Under the pieces are notes generated by a model, which worked only from the letters and a program-made list of their open reading frames with translations, made no database searches and was not told the DNA's origin. The position numbers were made by a program, and so were the translations under genes. From Thermoplasmata archaeon (GTDB lineage Archaea > Thermoplasmatota > Thermoplasmata > Lutacidiplasmatales > UBA184), in assembly GCA_022749815.1 (NCBI GenBank), contig JAKIWV010000001.1, positions 452,124 through 516,123 on the forward strand: a DNA stretch of 64,000 nucleotides, given 5' to 3'. Positions 46,263 through 56,357 of the stretch are shown here, in pieces; the stretch's first letter is position 1; the number at the start of each line of letters is the position of its first letter.

Positions 46263-46745
46263 ATGAATCGGTCGGCCGTTGCCTCCGGGCCGCGCCCGCT
46301 GCGGCTGCCGCGCGACTGGAAGATCGTCGCTGGTATGGCCGGGTTTCACCGGTCGATCGGATTCGTCATCGATCTAAAGGGCTCCAGCCAAGGGATCTGC
46401 ATCGTCCGTGGTAAGGTGCGGCCGGCCCACCTCAATATCAACGGCATCGTGCACGGCGGAGTCTACGCTACCGCGCTCGACACCGCCATGGGCGGCGCGG
46501 TCGTAAGCGACCTCGCGGACGGCGAAACCACTGCCACGACCTCGCTGTACGTCGAGTTCTTGCGATCGGCGCGGGCCGGCCAGGAGCTCGTGGCCCGAGG
46601 TGAGATTCTGCGACGGGGCCGCCACATCGCGTTCGTCGAAGGCAAGTTGGACGATGGGGAGGGCAACCAATTCGCCCAGGCGCACGGGACGTGGTACATC
46701 TGGTCCCCCGACAACCGGCGACCGCCTCGGAGGCGCTCCCGGTGA
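46263..46745 (+). CDS. PaaI-family hotdog-fold thioesterase
   Basis: NINGIVHGGVYATALDTAMG....TTSLYVEFLRSA..G.ELVARGEILRRGRHIAFVEGKL. Confidence 0.75.
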   Translation: MNRSAVASGPRPLRLPRDWKIVAGMAGFHRSIGFVIDLKGSSQGICIVRGKVRPAHLNINGIVHGGVYATALDTAMGGAVVSDLADGETTATTSLYVEFLRSARAGQELVARGEILRRGRHIAFVEGKLDDGEGNQFAQAHGTWYIWSPDNRRPPRRRSR

Positions 46746-47566
46746 TGCGACGACGCCCGTCGGCGCTCTACCGATTCGCACAGATCCTGAGGGTGGTGGC
46801 GATCCTCGCGATGGTCTTCTTGGTGGTCTTCCTCTCTACGGTCGCGCTCTCGGCCGCCCAGCTCGGGATCGGGATCGGTCGACAGGCCGGCACGCTACAT
46901 CATTCGATCTCGGCGGCAATCGTGGGCACATCGGTGCTCGTCAACGTCACCTTCCCGGTCCCCAACCAGGGCTACTACAACGTCGGGGACCTGACCTTGG
47001 TGGCGATCTTCAGCAACCTGTCGATCCAGCTCTCCCCAATCGCTGTCACCGAAGGCGGGCCGGTCACGATTCCCGGCCACGGGAAGGGGAACCTCAGCCT
47101 GCTGACCGCGTTCGACATGGGCCAACCCGCGGGGCCGTTCCTGCTCCTCAACGACGCGGGGATCCTGGGAACGCTCTGGCTCAACGCATCCTACGCCGCC
47201 GTGATCCCGGTCAACCTCGAGGTAGCCTTCCACTACCACTGGGGCGCGCCCTTCGCGAACCTCAGCTATGCCACGGGAACGCCGTTCCTCGGCCCGAACT
47301 CGACCGTGGAGATCCCCGTAACGATCCACTTTGAGAACCACACGCCCGGCCTCAAGCTGGCGGGCAATCTCACCGTCACAGTGACCCAGCCCAACGGGGT
47401 CATCTGCACGCAACAAAGGTTCCCAGTCCAGACCTACAACGGTCCGGTGACGCTGTCCGAGACGTTCATCATGCCGAGCACGTGCACGCTGACCGGGGAC
47501 ACGATCACCTCGGTGTTCACGGCCCCCGGCATCAACGTCGCTCTTCCGACGGAGACGATCCCATGA
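46746..47566 (+). CDS. secreted or membrane-anchored hypothetical protein (N-terminal TM, beta-rich, multiple NxS/T sequons)
   Basis: The ATG immediately follows the TGA of the upstream gene. Hydrophobic stretch VAILAMVFLVVFLSTVALSAA. Sequons NVTF, NLSI, NLSL, NASY, NLSY, NSTV, NHTP, NLTV. Confidence 0.5.
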
Positions 47567-48129
47567 CCACCCGCCCGGGGGAGACCTCCGCCGTCCCGTA
47601 CGACCTCGATGCGAGCGGGGCCCCGTTGACCGAATCCTACGAGCCGCCCGGGGTGTCCGGGGCGCGTATCGCCGGGGCGGTCCTCTTGACGATCGTCTAC
47701 TTCCTCCTCATCGGGTACCTCCCGTACTACCTCGAGAAGTACGCCGCTCGATACGGTCTGTCCGCCGCCGTGTCGCCGACCTTCCTTCTGGTGGCGGGGG
47801 CGGTTGTGGCAATCCTAGCCGGCCTGTCGATCGCCACGAAGCCGACGAAGGCGTGGGGGCCGGTGCGGGTGATGGCGGCGGGAGTCGACATCATCTACAT
47901 CTTCTATCTGCTCCAGAACCCGATCTACTCTACCACGATCCACGGGTTCTCGATCACGCTCGCGTACACCCGCATCCTCGAGCTCTTCCTCATTCCGCCG
48001 GTCATCGCCCTGATCGCCGGCGTCGTGACCACCTTCGGGGACATCCGTCACCCGGGGGAGCGGGTCCGTATGCAGTTCCCTCAGAAGGCACCGCGGTGGC
48101 ACCGGCGCGCCGACGGGCAAGCGATCTGA
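47563..48129 (+). CDS. hypothetical integral membrane protein (about 5 TM)
   Basis: The ATG overlaps the upstream stop (ATGA). Hydrophobic body. Confidence 0.45.
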   Translation: MTTRPGETSAVPYDLDASGAPLTESYEPPGVSGARIAGAVLLTIVYFLLIGYLPYYLEKYAARYGLSAAVSPTFLLVAGAVVAILAGLSIATKPTKAWGPVRVMAAGVDIIYIFYLLQNPIYSTTIHGFSITLAYTRILELFLIPPVIALIAGVVTTFGDIRHPGERVRMQFPQKAPRWHRRADGQAI

Positions 48130-49889
48130 GCTATCGCGCGCCGGCTTGACCATGGCGTCGCCACGGCCCTCCACCCCCCCCGGATGTCGTCAGCCAGGTA
48201 CAGTCGTTCGCGAACAGTGTCGCGCGCGCGGTGTTGGCGGCGGCGCGGGCCTGCTCCGGCTCGCCGAGCGGTTCGGACGACGGGGGCCCGGCTGGGCGGA
48301 GAGGACCGCCGATCGCGTCCTCAAGGTCCGAAAGTAAGGGCGGGGGAACCCTCGCCGGGCCTTGCCCGAACACCAGTACTTGTGCAGGGGTTTTCGTGCA
48401 ACCCGCGGGGTTTCTGGGCGGGGTGAAGTTTGGGCCTTCTCCGAACGTGGATGTTATTGACGTCATGAGCCAGTGGTCCGCAAACTTCACGTAGGAAAAC
48501 GTCCACGCGCACACGAAGTCCGTTACAGCGTATCTCCCCCCTTTGTCTCCTAGGTGAACCGCGAAAGGATACGAACAATCACCCACGCCACATGCCCATC
48601 CGACGATACCCGGACAATCGGGGGACGTGAGTCATCCCATGCTAGGTATCCCCGTCCCGGGAGCGAGCTCTGCAAGTGGCGCTCCAGCTGTCGCCGGGTA
48701 TGGGTCTCGACCTTTCCTCCGGAGATAGATACCAGCCACGGAGCGACCCGCGACGCCAGCGATGCCGCATCCGCCCGGAAATGGGCGTCGCGGTCGGCGC
48801 GGTGATAGGAGAGCAGAGTAACCGAGTCAGCCTTGCGGCTTCGCACCCCGTCGCGCCTCATCCCTTCCGTGCCATGACGAACATGGGGCTCCCCAGTTAG
48901 TCCCCTACCGGGCCGACTGCCGGTATTTAGAGAATCAGCGACGTGGGACTTCGCCCGAGAGCTGGTTTCTTTACGAGGGGTTTGTACAGCGCGCCGGGTT
49001 TCCGTGCGGTTGGGGTTTTGCGGTCAAGGCTACATTAAAGGAAATACGTATGTCAGTGAATGACCCCGCGACGGTCCGGAAAGCATTCGGCGGCGTGCCC
49101 GTGGGGTGTGCTGTTTCCCCCAAAGCCTTGATTCCGATACTCCCTTCGAGCTCAGGTCAACTCGCTAAATCCACGGACGGCACTTCCAAATCGACCTCCA
49201 TCGAACTCGGCCTGCGCCCGCTCGGGGTAACCTCCACCGATGGGGGTTGTAACGGAACTCGCCCCTCGAACGTGGCGGTTCTCCGACCGAGAGGGTTAAG
49301 AGGCGCGAACCCACCTAAGGCGCCAGGTGCACGGAAGCTCGCTCAGACGCATTGGCATTACGGCCACGGTTACTTCCGTGGCGATCATCTCCGTGGGCTT
49401 TGCAGGGTCCTTCGCCACGCCAGTCCAATACAACGGACTTGCGTCACCTGCGAACACAGCCTTTGCGTTTCTCTTCGATAGCGGATGGGCCCTCGGGTTA
49501 GTGGGCGTCATCCTTTGGGTTGCGGGTTTCATTCGGCAGAGAAGGGACGAGCTGGGGTCAAAGAGAGCTAGGGTTGACGGCATTGCCTCGAGTGGCCCGC
49601 CCCCTGCCCAGCCCCATAACTGACTTGGTCCTGACCTGAGAGGTGCGTCGCCCCCCTGATGCCGAGGGCTCGCCGCCTGGGCGACCGCCTTCCACAGCCA
49701 TGCTGCTGCTGTTGACGCTGATGTCTGGGCGGGACTAGGCCTCGTCGTGACCGGGTTGGCAATTAAGGCAGGAAGCATTTCGACCAACCCGGTGAAGAAG
49801 GACGTGCTGATTGCTACGACCCTTATCGACGTTGGTGCCTTTTCTGTTGGAACGGGGGTACTGTTGTACTGCAATCAGAATCCCGGAAG

Positions 49890-50465
49890 TTGCACGTGAT
49901 AACCGGAGGGGGTGGAGCCCGGACGTTTGCCCTGAGCGTGGTGGCCTCCGCACAGAAACGTGACGATGTGCTCGGAGTGTACGCCTTTGGAAGCGCAGGT
50001 GTCGCGACCGCTGCGGGGGCGCTGTTCGGGGCTTACTCCCTCCTTTTCTCTGGTTCTCTGGGGTCACTCATACCTGCCATCCTGCTCGGTGTAGCGGTGC
50101 CCGCCAGCGCGGTGTGCTGGTACACGCTCTTTACGATCTACACCAAGTATCCGTCCGAAGTGCTGGTGGGGAGGGATGGATTCGAGGTGCGATTCTCCAA
50201 CGGCTCAAGCTGGAGGTACGCTTGGCTGGGGTCTAGGACGGGCTTACAGATTTGCGACTACAGACCATATGCCGGAAGGAAACCACCGGCCCTCTTTTAC
50301 CTGATCGGGCCGAGTTCCAGGCCGATCCCAATCACGCTCGAGGCGTTCGAGGCGATTCAGGCACAGTCTGCGTCCATAGGCGTCCGGGACGAGACGCGAA
50401 TTCTTTACGCCGGTACTCCCGCGACGATGGCTATGCACACCCTTCTTTCCCCCAAGAGCAACTGA
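49890..50465 (+). CDS. hypothetical membrane protein in a low-GC segment
   Basis: 191 aa, 3 TM helices then a soluble domain. Its codon usage is less GC3-biased than the neighbouring genes. Confidence 0.3.
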   Translation: MHVITGGGGARTFALSVVASAQKRDDVLGVYAFGSAGVATAAGALFGAYSLLFSGSLGSLIPAILLGVAVPASAVCWYTLFTIYTKYPSEVLVGRDGFEVRFSNGSSWRYAWLGSRTGLQICDYRPYAGRKPPALFYLIGPSSRPIPITLEAFEAIQAQSASIGVRDETRILYAGTPATMAMHTLLSPKSN

Positions 50466-50635
50466 ACCGTCGATCGCGAAGGTGGTGAATTGCCTTCTTG
50501 GGACGGCCCCCTTCAATCGAGGCGGGTCCCCGTCCGGATCAGGCTCGGTGTCACCGCGCACAGAAACTCGCTACCATGCACAGATACCCCCGCACAGAAA
50601 CCCGTTCTCGGGCAAGGCCCCCTCGCCGGCGAACG

Positions 50636-50643
50636 TTAAATAG
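50636..50643 (+). promoter_or_regulatory. TATA box (TTAAATAG) with purine-rich BRE-like GCGAACG upstream, for the 5S rRNA
   Basis: Its centre lies about 26 nt upstream of the first base of 5S helix I. Confidence 0.5.
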
Positions 50644-50663
50644 CGCTAGCCTGCTCGACCGCT

Positions 50664-50788
50664 TGGCCGACGGCCATAGCGGTGGGGCAACACCCGGTCT
50701 CATTCCGAACCCGGAAGTTAAGCCCACTGGCGATCCGCGCGGTACTGAAGTACGCGAGTCTACGGGAAACGCGGAAAGTTGTCGGCCT
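50664..50788 (+). rRNA. rrf: 5S ribosomal RNA, not linked to 16S/23S
   Basis: Helix I is formed by 5' GGCCGAC and 3' GTCGGCC. Conserved internal blocks GGTCTCATTCCGAACCCGGAAGTTAAGCC and GTACTGAAGTACGCGAG...GGGAAAC match the universal 5S consensus. Confidence 0.85.
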
Positions 50789-50839
50789 CCTCCCCTGCTT
50801 CTCTGGGAAGGGGCGCGCGGGGCCGGGCCGCGGAACCCA

Positions 50840-50845
50840 TTAAAT
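50840..50845 (+). promoter_or_regulatory. TATA box (TTAAAT) for nfo
   Basis: 25-30 nt upstream of ATG 50870, consistent with a leaderless mRNA. Confidence 0.4.
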
Positions 50846-50869
50846 CAGCCGCCGAGGTCGGACCTGTTC

Positions 50870-51784
50870 ATGTGGCTGGGGGCGCACATCGGCATCGCCG
50901 AGGGTTTGCCGGACGCGGCCGTGACCGGCCGACGAATCGGCTGTGATGCGATCCAGATCTTCTCGAAGAGTCCCCAGATGTGGGGGGCCGCCCCGATCGA
51001 CCCCGCCAACGCCGGTGCGTTCCGCGAGGCGGTCGAACGGGAAGGACTCCGGACCTCCGCGGTGCATCAGAGCTACCTTCCAAACCTAGCCTCGCCCAAG
51101 AAGGCCCTGCTCACCCGGTCGCGCAAGGCCTTCGTGGACGAGCTCCGTCGCGCCGAGCTGCTGGGAATCCCCTCCCTAATCTTTCATCCGGGGGCCCACA
51201 CCGGCGGCGGCGCGGAGGCCGGGCTCCGCACGATCGTGGAAAGCATCGATTGGGCGATCGGCCAGACGCCCGGGCTGACCTGCCGGGCGCTGCTCGAGAA
51301 CGCCGCGGGACAGGGCACGACCCTAGGCTCGACCTTCGAAGAATTGGCCTGGGTCCTGGACCACGTCTCGGACCGGGAGCGGATCGGTGTCACGATCGAC
51401 ACGTGCCACCTGTTCGTATCGGGGGTCGATTTCAGGACCGATGACCTGTACGCCGCCGTGGTGGCGAGACTGGAAGCAACGGTCGGACTCCGGAACGTCC
51501 GCGCGTTTCACCTGAACGACTCCAAGGGGCCGCTGGGCTGCAAGTTGGACCGCCATGAGAACATCGGGAAGGGCGAGCTCGGGCTGGAAGGATTCCGGCG
51601 GATTGTGAACGATCCCCGGTGGGTATCGACCCCCGGCTACCTCGAAACACCGATGGGAGAGGACGAGTACGGCGCGTACGAACGCGACCTGGTCTCACTC
51701 CGGTCGTTGCTCAGGAACGCCCCGGAGGCGGCCCGCGCGAGCCGTCCCGTCGCGCGGAGAAAGGATTCTGTCTCGGCACCTTAA
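50870..51784 (+). CDS. nfo: endonuclease IV (AP endonuclease family 2)
   Basis: MWLGAHIGIA..., FSKSPQMW, IFHPGAH, LLENAAGQG, IDTCHLF, HLNDSKG..G...DRHENIG. The 428-aa track ORF begins inside the 5S rRNA. I trimmed it to the ATG at 50870. Confidence 0.85.
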   Translation: MWLGAHIGIAEGLPDAAVTGRRIGCDAIQIFSKSPQMWGAAPIDPANAGAFREAVEREGLRTSAVHQSYLPNLASPKKALLTRSRKAFVDELRRAELLGIPSLIFHPGAHTGGGAEAGLRTIVESIDWAIGQTPGLTCRALLENAAGQGTTLGSTFEELAWVLDHVSDRERIGVTIDTCHLFVSGVDFRTDDLYAAVVARLEATVGLRNVRAFHLNDSKGPLGCKLDRHENIGKGELGLEGFRRIVNDPRWVSTPGYLETPMGEDEYGAYERDLVSLRSLLRNAPEAARASRPVARRKDSVSAP

Positions 51785-51811
51785 TATGCGCTCCTCGATG
51801 GAACCGCACCG

Positions 51812-52654
51812 GTGAGCGCGTCCATGGCATCGCCGGAGGTCGTCGAGCGGCTCTCGGCCTCGGCGCGCCAGATCCGGCAAGACATCATCCGGATGACCTA
51901 TCACGCCGGGAGCGGCCACCCGGGAGGCAGTTTGTCGGTGACAGACCTCGTCGCCGCGCTCGTCTTCCATGAGCTCCGCATCGATCCAGAGCATCCCGAT
52001 TGGCCCGAACGGGACCGGCTCGTTCTGTCGAAGGGGCACGCCGCCCCCGCGCTCTACTCCGCTCTTGCTCACCGGGGATTCCTCGACCCAAAGGTACTCC
52101 CCACGTTGCGCGAGCTCGGCAGCCCCCTTCAAGGACATGTCGACCGCCGGAAGTTGTCCGGAGTGGAGGCATCGACCGGCTGCCTTGGGCAAGGGATTGG
52201 AATGGCCGTCGGCATGGCGCTCGATGCCCGGCTCGCGAAACGGCCGAGCCGCGTCTATGCGATCGTGGGCGACGGCGAGTGCCAATCCGGCCTCACCTGG
52301 GAAGCGCTCATGGCGGGTGGCCACTATGCCCTCGATAATCTCGTCGTGCTGCTCGACCGGAACGGGCTCGAGACCGACGGCAAGACGGAAGACCTGATGG
52401 GCATCGAACCGATCGCCGACAAGTTCCGGGCTTTCCGTTACGATACCGTCGAGATCGACGGCCACAACTTCCCGGCGATCCTCGACGCCCTGGCCCACGC
52501 GCGGGCCACGAAGGGACACCCGACGGCGATCGTGGCCCGGACCGTGAAGGGCAAGGGGGTCTCGTTCATGGAGAACCAGCACGCGTGGCACGGCAAGCCG
52601 CCCAACCGGGAAGAGGCGGAACGGGCCCTCGCCGAGCTCGGCGGGAGCCTCTGA
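51812..52654 (+). CDS. transketolase, N-terminal subunit (split archaeal form)
   Basis: THAGSGHPGGSLSVTDL, LSKGHAAPALY, GSPLQGH, VGDGECQSGLTWEALM. Confidence 0.9.
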   Translation: MSASMASPEVVERLSASARQIRQDIIRMTYHAGSGHPGGSLSVTDLVAALVFHELRIDPEHPDWPERDRLVLSKGHAAPALYSALAHRGFLDPKVLPTLRELGSPLQGHVDRRKLSGVEASTGCLGQGIGMAVGMALDARLAKRPSRVYAIVGDGECQSGLTWEALMAGGHYALDNLVVLLDRNGLETDGKTEDLMGIEPIADKFRAFRYDTVEIDGHNFPAILDALAHARATKGHPTAIVARTVKGKGVSFMENQHAWHGKPPNREEAERALAELGGSL

Positions 52655-52664
52655 GGAGCGACCG

Positions 52665-53612
52665 GTGGAACGGAAGTCCGAGAGCCTGCGGGACGCGTAT
52701 GGTAAGACGCTGGTCGAACTGGGCGAACGCGATCCTTCCTTGGTGGTGCTCGATGCCGACCTGTCCGGATCCACGCGCACCGCCCTCTTCGGGAAGCGGT
52801 TTCCGGACCGCTTCTTCAACGTCGGCGTGATGGAACCTACGATGATGACCATCGCCGCGGGTCTCGCGCTCGGCGGACGGACGGTCTTCGCCAGCACCTT
52901 CGCGGTCTTCGCGGCGGGCCAAGCGTACAATACCGTCCGGCAATCGGTGGGATACAATCGCGCGAACGTGAAGATTGTCGCGACCCATGGTGGCCTCCTC
53001 GTGGGGGGCGACGGCGGCACCCACCAGATGCTCGAGGACATCGCGCTGATGCGGAGCCTCCCCGGCATGACGGTCGTGGTGCCGGCCGACGGCCCCACGA
53101 CACGGGCCGCGATCCTAGCGATCGCCTCCTTCGAGGGCCCGGCCTACGTCCGGCTCACGAGGGAGAATCTGCCGGTCGTGACCGACGGCACCTTCGCGCT
53201 CGGCCGGGCCGGGCAGCTCCGTGAGGGAACGGACCTGACGATCGTGGCGATCGGCTCGATGCTCGCCCGGGCGCTCGACGTGGCCGAGGAGCTCCACCAA
53301 GCCGGGGTGGAGGCCCGTGTGCTCGACTTTGCGAGTGTGAAGCCGGCCGATGAGAAAGCGCTGATACGGGCCGCTCGAGAAACGGGCGCGATCCTGACGA
53401 TGGAAGAGCACAACGTGCTCACGGGATTGGGCGCCCTCGTCGCGTCCGCCACCTCCACCACGTATCCGGTACCGGTCCGGCAGATCGGGGTGCCGGACCT
53501 GTTCGGGGAGAGCGGCGATCCCTGGAAGCTCCTCGATCACTACGGGCTCTCCCAGAAGCGGGCGCTGGACGAGGCCTGGGCGTTGCTCCAGCTCCGCGGA
53601 AAGGTTTCGTAG
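52665..53612 (+). CDS. transketolase, C-terminal subunit
   Basis: [56 protein letters not shown]. Confidence 0.9.
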   Translation: MERKSESLRDAYGKTLVELGERDPSLVVLDADLSGSTRTALFGKRFPDRFFNVGVMEPTMMTIAAGLALGGRTVFASTFAVFAAGQAYNTVRQSVGYNRANVKIVATHGGLLVGGDGGTHQMLEDIALMRSLPGMTVVVPADGPTTRAAILAIASFEGPAYVRLTRENLPVVTDGTFALGRAGQLREGTDLTIVAIGSMLARALDVAEELHQAGVEARVLDFASVKPADEKALIRAARETGAILTMEEHNVLTGLGALVASATSTTYPVPVRQIGVPDLFGESGDPWKLLDHYGLSQKRALDEAWALLQLRGKVS

Positions 53613-53649
53613 TGCCAGCACACTGGGACCGGTGGCTCTCGGAGGTCCG

Positions 53650-54321
53650 ATGAAGCTCTTCCTCGATACCGCGAACCTCACCGAAATCCGCACGATGTGG
53701 GAGACCGGGATCCTCGACGGGGTCACCACGAACCCGACGCTCGTGGCCCAGGAAGGCCGCGTCTTCGAGGACGTGCTCAAGGAGATCTGCGCCCTCGGCG
53801 TTCCCTCCGTCTCCGCCGAGGTCGTGGCAACGGACAAGGACGGGATGCTCAAGGAAGGGCGCTACCTGGCTGCTCTTCACCCCTCGATCTACGTGAAATG
53901 CCCGATGACGCCCGCCGGGCTCGGCGCGACCAAGGTCCTCGCCGCGGAGGGGATCCGCGTCAACATGACGCTCGTCTTCTCAGCGAACCAGGCGCTCCTC
54001 GCCGCGAAGGTCGGAGCTACGTACGTGAGCCCGTTCATCGGCCGGCTCGACGACCATGGAGAGGACGGCATGGCGCTCATCCGGGACATCGTGCTGATCT
54101 ACCGGAACTACCGGTTCCCGACCCAGGTGCTCGCCGCGAGCATCCGTCACCCGGTCCACGTGCTGGACGCCGCCAAGGCCGGGGCAGACATCGCGACGCT
54201 TCCGTATTCCGTGATGGAGAAGCTGGTCCACCACCCGCTGACCGATATCGGCCTGGCCCGGTTCCTCAAGGACTGGGAGAAGGTACCGAAACCGCTGCGC
54301 GTTCCCCCGTCGGACCGGTGA
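53650..54321 (+). CDS. tal: transaldolase (short Fsa/TalC type)
   Basis: [12 protein letters not shown]......[14 protein letters not shown], Schiff-base Lys region [25 protein letters not shown]. Confidence 0.85.
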   Translation: MKLFLDTANLTEIRTMWETGILDGVTTNPTLVAQEGRVFEDVLKEICALGVPSVSAEVVATDKDGMLKEGRYLAALHPSIYVKCPMTPAGLGATKVLAAEGIRVNMTLVFSANQALLAAKVGATYVSPFIGRLDDHGEDGMALIRDIVLIYRNYRFPTQVLAASIRHPVHVLDAAKAGADIATLPYSVMEKLVHHPLTDIGLARFLKDWEKVPKPLRVPPSDR

Positions 54322-54602
54322 CGGCGACGGAGCTCCTCGACAAGTACTTGCGCCTGACCGCTGAGGCGCTCGCCCGGGTGAAACCGGTCGCGCCGAGTCG
54401 GTCGTTCCTCTACGGGGCGGCGCAGGATTTCCTGACGATGGCCCGGGCCTATCTTACCGACGCGCAACACTTCAAGGACGGCGGCGATCCCGAACGAGCC
54501 CTCGCTGCCGTGAGCTACGCCCACGGGTGGCTCGACGCCGGCGTGCGGCTGGGCGTGCTCGACGGGGGGGAAGACGATGCCCGCTTCACGCTCTTCCGGT
54601 GA
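54318..54602 (+). CDS. small conserved hypothetical protein translationally coupled to transaldolase
   Basis: GTG overlapping the tal stop (GTGA). 94 aa, helical ([17 protein letters not shown]...). Confidence 0.35.
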   Translation: MTATELLDKYLRLTAEALARVKPVAPSRSFLYGAAQDFLTMARAYLTDAQHFKDGGDPERALAAVSYAHGWLDAGVRLGVLDGGEDDARFTLFR

Positions 54603-55236
54603 ACGGCGCAAGGCGGCGCCTCCGCCGGCGATCTCCGAGAAGACGCTCGTCGAGATCGAGACCCACCTGAAGCGGCGGGAGTCCCGACGCGATGAGCTTG
54701 TCGAGCGGGCCCGGCAGCTGCGGCGGCAGTCCCAGTTCGTGATGCACCAGCTGCATCAAGGCCGGCGACTGGAGGAGGCGATCCACGATGTGCGGGAGGG
54801 TGCCCGCGAGCTGACGAACACGCTCCGGGAGGAAGGGAGCGCAGACGTGGGACCCGTGATGGCGGCGCTCCAAGAGTGTGTAGAAGCGACGCTGCTCGAT
54901 GCCACGTTCCAGGGCGGGGAACTCCCCGGCCCGGCCGAGATCGGCGTGGAGCCCGAACCGTACCTGCTCGGCCTCGGCGACCTCGTCGGAGAATTGCGCC
55001 GTCGGGTGCTCACGGAACTGTCGGCCGGGGACCTCCCCGAGGCGGAGCGGCTACTGGCCCTGATGGAGGAGCTCACCCATGCCCTCGCGCGGTTCGAGGC
55101 CCCCCGAAGCATCGTACCGCTCAAGCCGAAACAGGATACGGCCCGCGCCCTGGTCGAGCGGACCCGCGGTGACCTGACGCTCGCCCGGCTCCTAGCTCGA
55201 GCCCGTCTTCCGCCGTCGACCCGGGAGGAGGAATGA
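54577..55236 (+). CDS. translin-family protein (archaeal translin)
   Basis: All-helical, about 200 aa. The YLLGLGDLVGELRRRV motif matches the translin/TRAX signature (YLLGLADLTGELMR). Confidence 0.65.
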   Translation: MPASRSSGERRKAAPPPAISEKTLVEIETHLKRRESRRDELVERARQLRRQSQFVMHQLHQGRRLEEAIHDVREGARELTNTLREEGSADVGPVMAALQECVEATLLDATFQGGELPGPAEIGVEPEPYLLGLGDLVGELRRRVLTELSAGDLPEAERLLALMEELTHALARFEAPRSIVPLKPKQDTARALVERTRGDLTLARLLARARLPPSTREEE

Positions 55237-56024
55237 CTTCCTCCCACCGGGTCGTGGGACTGATCGGAGGGTCGGGGATCTACGAGGCCGGCCTCTTCAC
55301 GCCTACGGCGTTCCACAAGCTCTCGACCCCTTGGGGGCCGCCCTCCGCCCCGATCCAGGAGGGTCGGCTCGGGAACCTGCGCGTGCTGTTCCTCCCCCGC
55401 CACGGATCCGGCCACTCTATCCCGGCGCACCGGGTCAACTATCGGGCGAACATCGATGCGCTGACCCAGCTCGGCGCCGACTCCATCCTATCGGTGAGCT
55501 CGGTGGGCTCGCTGAAGGAGGAGCTCAAGCCGGGCGAGTTCGTCCTGCCGGCGCAGTTCGTCGACTTCACGAAGCAGCGACCGACCACGTTCTATGATGG
55601 GGGCAAGACCTACCACATCTCGATGGCCGACCCGTTCTGCCCCGAGATGTTGGGCCACGCCGCGGCCGCCGGTCGGACCGCCGGGGCCCCTTTCCACGAG
55701 GGCAAGACGTACGTGTGCGTCGAGGGTCCGCGGTTTTCCACCCGGGCCGAGTCCCGTTTCTTCCGGGGATTCGCGGACATCATCGGCATGACCTTGGTGC
55801 CCGAGATCACCCTGGCCCGGGAGCGCGCGCTCTGCTATGGCCTGCTGGCCATGGTGACCGACTACGACGTCTGGGCCGACCGGGCAGTCGACGCCCACGA
55901 GATCGTCCGTGTCATGCAGGAGAACGTCGCGCGGATGCAGAGCCTCTTGGCTACGTTGATGCCCCGACTCGATGCGCCCCGGACATGCTCCTGCGCGCAC
56001 ATCCTCGAGACCGCCGGGCTCTGA
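55233..56024 (+). CDS. mtnP: S-methyl-5'-thioadenosine phosphorylase (PNP/MTAP family)
   Basis: VGLIGGSGIY, LPRHGSGHSIPAHRVNYRANI, SVSSVGSL, IGMTLVPE. Confidence 0.85.
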   Translation: MTSSHRVVGLIGGSGIYEAGLFTPTAFHKLSTPWGPPSAPIQEGRLGNLRVLFLPRHGSGHSIPAHRVNYRANIDALTQLGADSILSVSSVGSLKEELKPGEFVLPAQFVDFTKQRPTTFYDGGKTYHISMADPFCPEMLGHAAAAGRTAGAPFHEGKTYVCVEGPRFSTRAESRFFRGFADIIGMTLVPEITLARERALCYGLLAMVTDYDVWADRAVDAHEIVRVMQENVARMQSLLATLMPRLDAPRTCSCAHILETAGL

Positions 56025-56046
56025 GCCCCAGTGGGGCCGCCCCGGC

Positions 56047-56289
56047 TTAGTCCAATGGGGTCCGGCGGACCGTGATCGGGATCACACCGGCGCCGAACTC
56101 GAGCTCGGCGATCTCGACCGGGTCGATGAGCGTCGGGGGGGTCTCTACGAGGAGCGGCGCGCCGAGGGAGATCTGGAGGGCCCGGGCCCCGAGGATCCGG
56201 GCGCGCTCGAAGCGGGTGAAGTCTTCGGAGCGGATCTGCGTTGCCGCCGCTCGCCCACGGCCGACCGGATGGGACGGGGACGGAGCCAT
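56047..56289 (-). CDS. rpoK: DNA-directed RNA polymerase subunit K (Rpb6/RpoK)
   Basis: 80 aa. [26 protein letters not shown]....[25 protein letters not shown] is the Rpb6 signature. It is hidden as the C-terminal tail of a spurious 271-aa track ORF. Confidence 0.8.
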   Translation of the reverse strand: MAPSPSHPVGRGRAAATQIRSEDFTRFERARILGARALQISLGAPLLVETPPTLIDPVEIAELEFGAGVIPITVRRTPLD

Positions 56290-56328
56290 TGTCGCAAAAA
56301 CCAAGGGCAGCGGCCAGTTAAGGGTCGC

Positions 56329-56334
56329 TATATA
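56329..56334 (-). promoter_or_regulatory. candidate TATA box (TATATA) upstream of rpoK
   Basis: Minus-strand AAAAGCGTATATAGCG, 40-45 nt upstream of the ATG. This implies a short leader. Confidence 0.3.
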
Positions 56335-56357
56335 CGCTTTTCCGAGAGCCGGCCCCG

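Noticed and set aside
50498-50869. 5' part of the 428-aa track ORF for nfo
   Set aside because: It runs straight through the 5S rRNA gene and its promoter. The endonuclease IV fold starts at MWLGAHIG (50870), which has a TATA box at about -27.
51695-53098. 467-aa minus-strand ORF
   Set aside because: Antisense to both transketolase subunits.
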